From: Candidatus Limnocylindrales bacterium
Lineage (GTDB): Bacteria > Moduliflexota > Moduliflexia > Moduliflexales > JAUQPW01
Reading direction: 5' to 3'
Assembly (NCBI GenBank): GCA_035559535.1
Contig: DATMBG010000055.1
Coordinates: forward strand, 1 to 38,662
Length of the DNA stretch: 38,662 nucleotides
This document shows positions 1 to 8,383 of this stretch, in pieces. Made by a program: the position numbers and the translations under genes. Below the pieces are notes generated by a model. It ran no database searches. It was not told where the DNA came from and was given only the letters and a program-made list of their open reading frames with translations. Numbering within the stretch: the first letter of the stretch is position 1; each line of letters starts with the position of its first letter.

Positions 1-21
1 GGCGTAAACGGAGGGACGTAA

Positions 22-813
22 ATGCCAGAAGTTCAGTCGCAGGGAATACGCATCAGCTACGACGACCAGGGCCAAGGAGAGCCGGCGCTCCTCTTCATGC
101 CTGGCTGGTGTGGTAGTCGCAGGGTCTTTGACGAACTCGCCCGGCGTTGCGTCCGATGGAGGCGCACACTTGCCATCGACTGGCGCGGGCATGGACAGTC
201 GGAGAGACCCACCGATGATTTCGGCGCCGGTGACCTCGCTACCGATGCCCTCGCCGTGATCGAGGCGAGCCAGGCGGACCTGGTGCTGCCGGTCGCGCTG
301 TCCCATGCGGGCTGGGTCGCTATCGAGCTGCGCCGCAGGCTGGGTGCTCGTATCCCCAAGCTCGTGCTGCTAGACTGGATCGTTCTGGACCCGCCGCCGC
401 CCTTTCTTGGGGCGCTGCAATCGCTCCAGGATCCTGCGCGATGGCAGCAAACGCGCGAACAACTCTTTTCCATGTGGCTTCAGGGACTGGACATTCCTGC
501 GTTGACCCACTATGTGCGGGAGGATATGGGTTCCTACCCCTTTGAGATGTGGGCGCGCGCGGGCCGCGAGATCAGCGGTGCATATGCGAAGGCCGGGAGC
601 CCCCTCCAGGCCCTGGCCAGCCTCGACCCTCCTGTGCCGGTGTTACACCTGTATGCCCAGCCAGAAGACCCGGGATACTTGGCCGCACAGCAGTCGTTTG
701 GTGCCGCGCATCCGTGGTTCCAGGTCTCGAAGCTAGAAGCGCGGAGTCACTTTCCCATGTATGAAGTACCCGGCGAGATGGCAATGGTTATAGAGAGATT
801 TGTTGCGGCTTGA
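22..813 (+). CDS. Alpha/beta-hydrolase-fold cofactor-independent 2,4-dioxygenase of the HOD/QDO/AqdC (3-hydroxy-4-quinolone-cleaving) subfamily
   Basis: Motifs MPGWC, DWRGHGQS, VALSHAGW (S-H-x-G-W elbow instead of GxSxG), LDW (acid), LQDPARW, FSMW, EMWARAGREI, HLYAQP, HPWF and SHFP (catalytic His) run colinear with HOD as I recall it. SD-like GGAGG at 10-14. GC-rich relative to the backbone. Confidence 0.85.
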   Translation: MPEVQSQGIRISYDDQGQGEPALLFMPGWCGSRRVFDELARRCVRWRRTLAIDWRGHGQSERPTDDFGAGDLATDALAVIEASQADLVLPVALSHAGWVAIELRRRLGARIPKLVLLDWIVLDPPPPFLGALQSLQDPARWQQTREQLFSMWLQGLDIPALTHYVREDMGSYPFEMWARAGREISGAYAKAGSPLQALASLDPPVPVLHLYAQPEDPGYLAAQQSFGAAHPWFQVSKLEARSHFPMYEVPGEMAMVIERFVAA

Positions 814-827
814 TTCATGCGTGCCAC

Positions 828-887
828 GCCTAACAACAGCATCCAGCGGACGGCGCTCCGCGCCGCCGCTGATGCTGCGCGTTAGGC
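828..887 (+). mobile_element. Integron attC recombination site (60 bp)
   Basis: R'' GCCTAAC (828-834), L'' CATCCAGC (840-847), L' GCTGATG (868-874), R' GTTAGGC (881-887). It forms an imperfect palindrome with one extra base in L'' and a second unpaired A, and lies just after the stop of the upstream gene. Confidence 0.92.
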
Positions 888-900
888 GTTCGTAATATAG

Positions 901-2505
901 ATGCAGGGGGTTAATATGAGCAAAACGGTAGATTTAGAAGAAAGACAAGTTGAATTGCTGTGGCAAAGAGTTGCGCCACTTGGGTTGTCGCGCCGGAAGT
1001 TTCTGGCTTTGTTGAGCAACGGAGGTGTAGCAGCCGTGCTTGCAGCTTTCCCGCCGTCGGTCTCGTGTTTCCTTGCTAAGCCGGTTAATGAATTAGTCTA
1101 CGCAGAGACAACGTCGGATGAATGGATTTATACATCGGCGACCAAGCTAGCACAAGCTATTCGTGCCAAAAAAGTCTCTTCGGAAGAGGTGATCAATGCC
1201 TACCTCAAGCGCATCGAAGCCGTGAATCCCAAGCTTAACGCGGTCGTGCAACTGACAGGGGATGCAGCCCGTGCCCAGGCTCGCGAAGCTGATGCCGCTC
1301 TTGCAAAAGGGGACATCAAAGGGCCGCTTCATGGTGTTCCGATAACGATAAAGGATTCTCTGGACACAGCAGGTATCATCAGCACAGGGGGTACTAAAGG
1401 GCGTGCTTCCTTTGTGCCGGTTCAAGACGCACCTCCTGTGGCACGACTACGGGCTGCAGGGGCAATTCTGTTAGGTAAAACCAACACTCCAGAGCTGACA
1501 CTTGCTTTTGAAACCGACAACTTGGTCTATGGGCGTACGAACAATCCCTATGACCTATCACGTACTCCTGGTGGCAGTAGTGGGGGTGCAGCAGCCATTA
1601 TTGCGGCAGGAGGGTCGTCTTTAGACCTTGGGAGTGACACTGGGGGAAGCATCCGATTACCAGCCCACTTCTGCGGCATCACTGGTATCAAACCAACCTC
1701 AGGACGAGTGCCCAGGACAGGCCATATTATCCCCTTTGGTGGGGCGATGGGTGCGCTAACACAGATTGGTCCATTGGCCCGGTTCGTAGAAGACCTGATC
1801 TTGACACTTCCAGTCATTGTCGGCGTAGACTGGGTCGATCCGGAGATCATCCCGATGCCGCTTGGTGATCCTAGAGCCGTTAATCTCAAGAGCCTGCGGG
1901 TGGCTTTCCACACGGATAACGGTATTGCGACTCCTACACCCCAGACTATTGAAGTGGTGAAGGCAACCGCAAAAGTTCTCTCCGAGGCAGGCATGGCTGT
2001 GGAGGAAGCGCGTCCTAAAGGTATTGAGCAGCACGCCGAGATCTACGGCGGCCTTTTTGCAGCAGACGGCGGTGCTTGGGTACAAAGATTGCTCCAAATG
2101 GCTGGAACAACCGAGATGCACTCCTTCATGCAGTGGACGCTGGAGAAGAGATTACGTCCCAATGCAATGACGAACGTCCAGTTCGGGGAATTAATGTTCA
2201 AGTGATCCTCGTTCCGTAGTGCCATGCTTTCCTTCATGGAGAAGTATGATGTAATCATCTGTCCCGTGAACGCCTATCCTGCTATACCCCACGATACCTG
2301 GCGTGACAAGCTCCCCACTTTTAGTTACACGAGAACCTATAATGTGACTGGATGGCCAGGTGTGGTGGTTCGGGGCGGCACTTCGCCTGAAGGTTTGCCC
2401 ATTGGTGTTCAGGTGGTGGCTCGTCCCTGGCGTGAGGACGTGGCATTGGCAGTAGCTCAGCATATCGAAACCACTTTAGGAGGTTGGAAGCGTCCTCCGC
2501 TTTAG
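901..2505 (+). pseudogene. Amidase-signature family amidase with Tat-like signal, interrupted by an in-frame TGA at 2203-2205
   Basis: ITIKD, GGSSGG and GSDTGGSIR give the Lys-cisSer-Ser triad, and SRRKFL is a twin-arginine motif. ORF 2224-2505 is in the same frame and supplies the canonical amidase C-terminus (DVIICPV...YTRTYNVTGWP...GLPIGVQVVARPWREDVAL). Confidence 0.85.
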
Positions 2506-2551
2506 GCATATAAGGATTCCGATATATATAGTAAGATTTGGAGAAGCAACC

Positions 2552-2779
2552 ATGGATACGAAAATGGTTGACGTGCGTGAAGCACAAACGAACTTAACAG
2601 AGATATTGTCATTAGTAGCTGTAGGTACAGAAATCATCCTTACTGAAGGGGGTAAGCCGATTGCTCGCTTGGTACCAATTACAGCCCCACGCGTGGCAGG
2701 ATTACATGCTGGAGCTATCTGGACGAGTGATGATTTCGATGAACCTCTATCGGAAGAATTCTGGACAGGTGCTCCATGA
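2552..2779 (+). CDS. Type II antitoxin, Phd/YefM family (VapB-like)
   Basis: N-terminal VDVREAQTNLTEILSLV...EIILTEGGKPIARLVP and C-terminal IWTSDDFDEPL. Its stop overlaps the toxin start (ATGA). Confidence 0.88.
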   Translation: MDTKMVDVREAQTNLTEILSLVAVGTEIILTEGGKPIARLVPITAPRVAGLHAGAIWTSDDFDEPLSEEFWTGAP

Positions 2780-3162
2780 AGTTACTCTTGGATACTCACA
2801 CCTTCATCTGGTGGGACAGTGAACCAAGCAAACTTTCACCACAAGCTCTGGTTCTGTGTCAAGATCGAGGGAATAGTGTATTGCTTAGTGTTGCAAGTGT
2901 GTGGGAGATGCAGATCAAACTCCAACTGGACAAGTTGAGGCTTACCTTACCTTTAGCAGAAATGATTGAAAGTCAGCAGCAAACTAATAATATCGAAGTG
3001 CTTCCTATTACGCTCACACACGTTTTGACGCTGGGAGAGTTGCCATCCCATCACAAAGATCCCTTTGATCGTCTGTTGATTGCTCAAGCGAAAGTTGAAG
3101 GTGCTGTGTTGGTTAGCAAAGATCCGATATTTGCCATGTATTCCATCCAGGTACTTTGGTAA
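2776..3162 (+). CDS. vapC: Type II toxin, PIN domain (VapC family)
   Basis: MKLLLDTHTFIWW, SVASVWEMQIK, HKDPFDRLLIAQA and LVSKD acidic PIN motifs; translationally coupled to the antitoxin. Confidence 0.92.
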   Translation: MKLLLDTHTFIWWDSEPSKLSPQALVLCQDRGNSVLLSVASVWEMQIKLQLDKLRLTLPLAEMIESQQQTNNIEVLPITLTHVLTLGELPSHHKDPFDRLLIAQAKVEGAVLVSKDPIFAMYSIQVLW

Positions 3163-3249
3163 GCAGTAGGTCTGGCTAAGGGAAACAGGCTTGCAGGCGA
3201 GTCTCCCCAAGCTCAGTATCGAGTCAAGCGAAGGAGGGGTGGAGTGCTC

Positions 3250-3351
3250 GCCTAACACACACTGAAGCTGACGGGAAGGGGGCGCGGAGGGAAGGGGTTG
3301 AAAACCACGTCCTGTTCGCCCCCTTCCCGCAGCTTAGCTTTTCCGTTAGGA
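3250..3351 (+). mobile_element. Integron attC recombination site (102 bp)
   Basis: R'' GCCTAAC (3250-3256). L'' CTGAAGCTG (3262-3270) pairs with CAGCTTAG (3330-3337) with one extra base. Inner stem CGGGAAGGGGGCG/CGCCCCCTTCCCG. R' GTTAGGA (3345-3351). Confidence 0.88.
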
Positions 3352-3627
3352 TGTAGCAGGAGGTCACATATTTGGCTGTGATACCTATAGATACGGGAAT
3401 ATCATTTCATTAAAAGTAGCCGGTACAACTATCGGCTTATCCAATTTTTCTATCTTCCAACCCTTTCGGGCTACCGCAGTAACTCCCCTGCCGATCCTTA
3501 GTAATTTTGTACCGGTTACTGATGGCAGATTGAAGGAGCAAACGGCCGGATTTGCTTTAGTATAAGAACAATTTTGTATAGCTGCTCTACTCTTTCTGCA
3601 ACATGTTCACCGAAGATGGGGTATTAT

Positions 3628-3663
3628 AAAAAAGGCCAGACACCTAAACGGCTCTGGCCTTTT
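3628..3663 (-). terminator. Intrinsic terminator downstream of HU (potentially bidirectional)
   Basis: AAAAAAGGCCAGA-N12-TCTGGCCTTTT hairpin with A/T tracts on both sides, about 40 nt after the HU stop. Confidence 0.8.
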
Positions 3664-3701
3664 GGTAGAGAGCTTATGGGTTCAGCTTAACAACGGACTC
3701 T

Positions 3702-3986
3702 CTACTTTTTAGCTTTGGTTGCTGCTTCTCTAAGTTTAGCTCCGGCAACAAATTTAGGAACCTGTTTGGCCGGAATTTTCAGCTCTTTACCTGTGCTGGG
3801 ATTTCTTCCTATTCTCGCTTTCCGTTTTGCCACAGAGAAAGTTCCAAATCCTACCAGGGTCACTTTTTCTCCCTTTTGTAGGGCACTCATGATGCCTTTA
3901 ATGGTTCCATCAATGGCTTTTGCAGCCTGGGCTTTGGTTAAATTTGCTGCTTCAGCGACTCTTGAAACAAGATCTCCTTTATTCAT
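3702..3986 (-). CDS. hup: DNA-binding protein HU
   Basis: MNKGDLV...VTLVGFGTF...ARIGRNPSTGKELKIPA...PKFVAG; strong SD AAGGAGGAG upstream. Confidence 0.97.
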   Translation of the reverse strand: MNKGDLVSRVAEAANLTKAQAAKAIDGTIKGIMSALQKGEKVTLVGFGTFSVAKRKARIGRNPSTGKELKIPAKQVPKFVAGAKLREAATKAKK

Positions 3987-4258
3987 AAGTTACTCCTCCT
4001 TGTAAGAAAAATAAAGCTAATTAGGAACACTGTTGACTCCTTGCGCCGGCAAAACCCAAGGAGAAAGGGATCTAATTACCCTGGGGGTTCAGATCCCTCT
4101 AGGAAGAGGAATTTAGACAAGGTAGGATTATAAAGTCAACAAAAATTTATAGATAAATAAAAAAAAATATAAATAATGGGGTTATAAGTTTGATGAAAAA
4201 CCTCATGGGTAGGGCATTTTCGCGGAAAGTCCCTGCCAATAAAAATTTCCAAATTTTT

Positions 4259-5770
4259 TTAATTTTTGATCTGATTTTTAGATTTAGCTGCAAAAAATTT
4301 TTTAACCTCTTCTTTATCACTGAACGGTATTTTTTGATTTCCGATAATCTGATAAGCTTCGTGTCCTTTTCCGGCTAAAACGACCACATCTCCTGGTTGA
4401 GCCAGACTTAGGGCCTTCTGAATAGCTTCTCGACGATCCACAATGGACTCAAAGGGGCAGGCGGTTCCTGGATTAATTCCGGCTTCGATTTCTCGAATGA
4501 TGGCCCAGGGATCTTCGCTACGAGGATTATCTGAAGTAATCAAACAATAATCCGACAGGGTCGTGCCAATAGCTCCCATAAGAGGTCGTTTCCCTTTATC
4601 TTTATCTCCTCCACATCCAAATACGGTAATGAGTTTCCCGGTTTTAATACCTCGCGCCGTCTTTAGAATGGTTTCCAGCGCATCGGGTGTGTGGGCATAA
4701 TCTACAATGACCGGAAATCCCTGGCCACAATCGACCATCTCAAATCGGCCCTCTATACTGGTAAATCCTTCGATCCCTTTTTGAATGGCCTCCAGACTCA
4801 ATCCCTGGGAGTATCCCACGGCTATAGCGGCTAAGGCATTATACACATTAAATAAGCCCAGAATTTTTAAGTTGATTTCCAGGTGCCTGTCCTGAGGTAA
4901 TCGAACCTTAAAGGAAGTTCCCATAGGCCCCAGGTGAATATCGTATCCTTGGATATCTGAGGGATTTTGAATTCCGTAAGTTAAAACCGGAGCCCGGGTG
5001 GCCTGAACAAACAGAGAGCAGGAGGGATCATCGGCATTAATAATTCCGATTACCTGTTCTTTTTCATAGGCCCCAAGGCTTTCGAAAAGGCGCATTTTGG
5101 CTTTTTTATACGCCTCTACCGTTTTATGATAATCCAGATGATCCCGGGTTACATTGGTTAAGACCGCCACATCATAGTCGATTCCATAGGTTCGATCTAA
5201 GTCCAATCCGTGGGAAGAGGCTTCCATAATGAAGATATCCACCTGATGATCCCGCATTTGAGCTGCCAAGTGGAAAAGATCTAAGGAAAGGGGAGTTGTA
5301 TAAATCGCGGGTAATTTCTCATCTCCTATAAAGTATCCGACGGTTCCCACAACACCCGGTTTATGTCCACCGGCTTTGAAGATTGCCCGGATCAAATGGG
5401 TCGTAGTGGTCTTTCCATTGGTCCCTGTGACCCCAATAACCTTCATCCCCTTCAAGGGATAGCCATAAAATTTATCGGCCATCCGTGCAAGGGCTTTTTT
5501 TACATCCCCTATTCGTACTCGGGTGCAGGGGGTTGTTACAGGGATATCCTTCTCCATAACCACGCTGTTTGCTCCTCTCTGGAGGGCTTCTTCGATGTAT
5601 TTGTGACCGTCGATCCAGATATTATGGATCAAATACTCTTCCATGGCTACATAGAGAAAATCCTTTTTTACCTGAGTGTAGTCATAGGTAAGACCCTTTA
5701 TTTCTATATCAACACGTCCACTGATCCAGTGGACATCGGGAATATATTTCAAAAGCTCCTGTAAAAGCAT
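4259..5770 (-). CDS. murE: UDP-N-acetylmuramoyl-L-alanyl-D-glutamate--2,6-diaminopimelate ligase
   Basis: GVTGTNGKTT P-loop, TTP, MEASSHGL, TNVTRDHLDYH, VDYAHTPDA, DNPR (meso-DAP specificity motif) and LAGKGHE. Confidence 0.93.
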   Translation of the reverse strand: MLLQELLKYIPDVHWISGRVDIEIKGLTYDYTQVKKDFLYVAMEEYLIHNIWIDGHKYIEEALQRGANSVVMEKDIPVTTPCTRVRIGDVKKALARMADKFYGYPLKGMKVIGVTGTNGKTTTTHLIRAIFKAGGHKPGVVGTVGYFIGDEKLPAIYTTPLSLDLFHLAAQMRDHQVDIFIMEASSHGLDLDRTYGIDYDVAVLTNVTRDHLDYHKTVEAYKKAKMRLFESLGAYEKEQVIGIINADDPSCSLFVQATRAPVLTYGIQNPSDIQGYDIHLGPMGTSFKVRLPQDRHLEINLKILGLFNVYNALAAIAVGYSQGLSLEAIQKGIEGFTSIEGRFEMVDCGQGFPVIVDYAHTPDALETILKTARGIKTGKLITVFGCGGDKDKGKRPLMGAIGTTLSDYCLITSDNPRSEDPWAIIREIEAGINPGTACPFESIVDRREAIQKALSLAQPGDVVVLAGKGHEAYQIIGNQKIPFSDKEEVKKFFAAKSKNQIKN

Positions 5771-5837
5771 AAGGGTAGGAGAAAGTAGGAGAGTGGAAGC
5801 GCATCCTTTCTTCCATCCCCCGGCTTTCTCCTTTTAT

Positions 5838-6890
5838 CTATCCCCGGGCCCAGTTAATGGCATCTAATAATTTTTGTGCACCGAATTTGATACAATCCGT
5901 TGTGGGTAATCCCGTTAGAGATTCGGTCTTCTCGATCTCTCGAAGGGCCTCTTCCTTTGTGAGATCAAAACAATTGAGGGAGATTCCGATGACTCTAGCC
6001 TTCTTAATAGGTAAAGAAAGGGATTCATAAAGTGCCACGATTTCCTTTAACGGGGGAATGATGATTTTCGAATCCCGGATATATTTACGGGTAGGCTGAT
6101 GACAAAGGATCATGTGGGAAGGCATTGTACCATGGAGGAGTGACAAGGTTACACCGGAGTATCCGGGGTGGAGAACAGAGCCCTGACCTTCTACCAGGAT
6201 TAAATCATGACCTGGAGCATTTTCTAAAATCAGTTGCTCGGCAGCACCTGACATAAAATCTCCAATTACCCGGTCAATGGCGATCCCAAAACCTGCTATC
6301 ATGATTCCTGTCTGCCCCGTGGGGATATAAATTGCTTTTCGTCCCTGCTGATTGGCAAGTTTTGCAATTTCAATGACGGTGGATTTTTTTCCTACCACAC
6401 AATCACTTCCCACCGTTAAGACGATTTGAGCGGGAACACCGGCGGCAAGGGCAGATCCTACCCGTAAATTATCGGGTGCTTTTCGCACATCCCAGATTTT
6501 TCTGTTATGGCGTTTAGCCACTTCTGCAAATTCCGGATCATCTTCAATCATGTAATGCAAGCCGCTGATGATGTCCATTCCGTGCTCTAAGGCAAACAAA
6601 ATATCCTTTCGCCACTCCGGAGGCAGCCCCCCGCCGCGAGGAGCTATGCCAAGTAATAAAGCCTCGGGTTTAAACACCAGGGCTTCTGAGATACTTTTAA
6701 CGAAAGGAATCCCTGCTCCTATGCCGATTACCTCTGCTACGTCCTTCTCCGTTCGGGTACTATCGACAACAGCCACAATGGGGTTTTTTCCATATCGAAT
6801 CATGCCTTCTGCAGTTTTAGAGTGTCCTCGTGCAAATTCTCCTTCTGCGTAAATTAAGATCCTGCTTTGAGGATTATATTTCATGTGCAT
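5838..6890 (-). CDS. DUF1611 family P-loop protein (DgcN/D-glutamate N-acetyltransferase-like)
   Basis: SKTAEGMIRYG, LGIAPRGGGLP, IISGLH, IWDVRK, VLTVGSDCVVGK, TGQTGIMI, DFMSGAAE and VEGQGSVLHPGYSGVTLSLLHG match the family as I recall it. Confidence 0.88.
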   Translation of the reverse strand: MHMKYNPQSRILIYAEGEFARGHSKTAEGMIRYGKNPIVAVVDSTRTEKDVAEVIGIGAGIPFVKSISEALVFKPEALLLGIAPRGGGLPPEWRKDILFALEHGMDIISGLHYMIEDDPEFAEVAKRHNRKIWDVRKAPDNLRVGSALAAGVPAQIVLTVGSDCVVGKKSTVIEIAKLANQQGRKAIYIPTGQTGIMIAGFGIAIDRVIGDFMSGAAEQLILENAPGHDLILVEGQGSVLHPGYSGVTLSLLHGTMPSHMILCHQPTRKYIRDSKIIIPPLKEIVALYESLSLPIKKARVIGISLNCFDLTKEEALREIEKTESLTGLPTTDCIKFGAQKLLDAINWARG

Positions 6891-7158
6891 AACCCGATCT
6901 CCCGGCCCCTTCCGATCTGGGCGTTTTCAAGGGTATCTTTTTAACTACCTACCCATCAAGCTAAGAAGGGGAAAAGCCTTATTTTCGGCCTGAACATCCC
7001 CTTTGTCCCCTTTCCGGGGCAGGTTTTTGGACCTACCCCCTCCAACTCCCCTTCCCTCGTCCAGCCTGTTTCCAGCCAAAAGGACCCAACCTGAACAGGG
7101 TACAGGGGATCTGGTAACTGCCCTTTCAAGCGATCCGGGGAAAGGGCCAGAGGAGAGG

Positions 7159-8277
7159 TTAAACTGATTTCATCTCAAGGATATTAATCATTTCTTTTAA
7201 CAACCGCTCGGTTGCATCTACTCTACCCAGAGCCTTACTCCGGATGTGCATATCGTTTAATTTTTCTGGATTTTTAATAAAAGTTATCAGATGCTCGGCC
7301 AGAACTTTTCCCGATAAATCCTGATTCAGGATGACTTCAGCAGCTCCGGCAGCAACCAGACTTCGGGCATTCAATTCTTGATGGTTGTAAACTGCGTAAG
7401 GGTAAGGAACCAGAATAGCCGGTTTCCCACAGGCCGTCAGCTCTGCGATGGTTGTAGCCCCAGCACGACAGATAACTAAATGGGTTCTGGCATACACTTG
7501 AGGGATAGAGTCAATATACTTTTGAAGCTCTCCTGAAAATCCTGCCAGGCGATAACCTTCCACAACCCGATCAAAATCGGCTTCTCCGGTTTGATGAATA
7601 AAATGAACAGAATTCTTCCAGGGAGCCAAATAAGGTAAAGCTTCCAAAACAGCCATATTGATTTTGTGGGCCCCCTGGCTTCCTCCGAATATGAGAATAT
7701 GGAGCTTTCCATCCTTTAAAGGAGGAAATGTTTCCCCGGCCTGAATAATTTCCCGACGGACCGGATTACCGGTCAAAACCGTCTTCCCTTTAGGGAAAAA
7801 CTTTTCGGTTTCAGGAAAACAGATGGCAATTTTATCTACCGATTTACTGAGCAGGCGATTGGTCAAACCCGGATATACATTGGGTTCCAGGATCATGGTG
7901 GGAATTCTCATAAAATAAGCCGCGTAAACCACCGGTCCAGAGGCATAACCTCCGGTTCCCAAGACACCCACCGGATTCAATTCCTTGAGCAACCCTATGG
8001 CCTGGAGAAAAGAGCGCGGCAATTTCAAGCAAGATTTCAGCGTTTGCAGAAATGTAGCCCCTTTGAGCCCTGCCACGTCAATGACCCTGAAGGGAAATCC
8101 CTCCCCAGGAACAATTTTGGCTTCAAGCCCCTTTTCGGTCCCTACAAAAATAACCTCCCATTCCCGAAAACGCCTGCGGATCTCCTGAGCTAAAGCAATT
8201 CCAGGATAAATATGTCCACCGGTCCCTCCCCCGGCGATGACAAAATTACTGGGCAGATAAATACACGTAGGTTCCAT
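7159..8277 (-). CDS. murG: Undecaprenyl-PP-MurNAc-pentapeptide GlcNAc transferase
   Basis: AGGGTGGHIYP, GTGGYASGP, TGNPVR, GGSQGA, HQTG, CRAGATT and HQELNA. Confidence 0.97.
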   Translation of the reverse strand: MEPTCIYLPSNFVIAGGGTGGHIYPGIALAQEIRRRFREWEVIFVGTEKGLEAKIVPGEGFPFRVIDVAGLKGATFLQTLKSCLKLPRSFLQAIGLLKELNPVGVLGTGGYASGPVVYAAYFMRIPTMILEPNVYPGLTNRLLSKSVDKIAICFPETEKFFPKGKTVLTGNPVRREIIQAGETFPPLKDGKLHILIFGGSQGAHKINMAVLEALPYLAPWKNSVHFIHQTGEADFDRVVEGYRLAGFSGELQKYIDSIPQVYARTHLVICRAGATTIAELTACGKPAILVPYPYAVYNHQELNARSLVAAGAAEVILNQDLSGKVLAEHLITFIKNPEKLNDMHIRSKALGRVDATERLLKEMINILEMKSV

Positions 8278-8283
8278 GGCTTT

Positions 8284-8312
8284 AAGGTATTAAACCTTCT
8301 GGAAAGGGTCAA
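8284..8312 (-). promoter_or_regulatory. Candidate sigma70 promoter for murG (would give a leaderless mRNA)
   Basis: Minus-strand TTGACC (8312-8307), 17 nt spacer, TACCTT (8289-8284). The ATG is 6 nt downstream with no adjacent SD. Confidence 0.45.
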
Positions 8313-8383
8313 GGGTTATTTTTTGAATTTAACGGAAAAAACGGGTTTCCTGAAAAACATAGATATCCTTTGGAAAGTTCTAG

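Noticed and set aside
2203-2240. Amidase TGA as selenocysteine
   Set aside because: It is not a catalytic or Cys-type position (context suggests Trp), and the downstream hairpin loop CTTTCCTT has no G, unlike a bacterial SECIS.
57-2587. Alternative-frame and antisense ORFs over the dioxygenase and amidase (e.g. 57-473, 512-736, 1548-1994)
   Set aside because: Shadow ORFs of well-supported genes, with no motifs or RBS.
3530-3560. Glycine riboswitch (GAAGGAGCAA)
   Set aside because: It lacks the GGAGA and CTCTCAGG elements and has no downstream sense gene.
1-3700. Integron integrase or attI
   Set aside because: No tyrosine recombinase ORF on either strand within the window.
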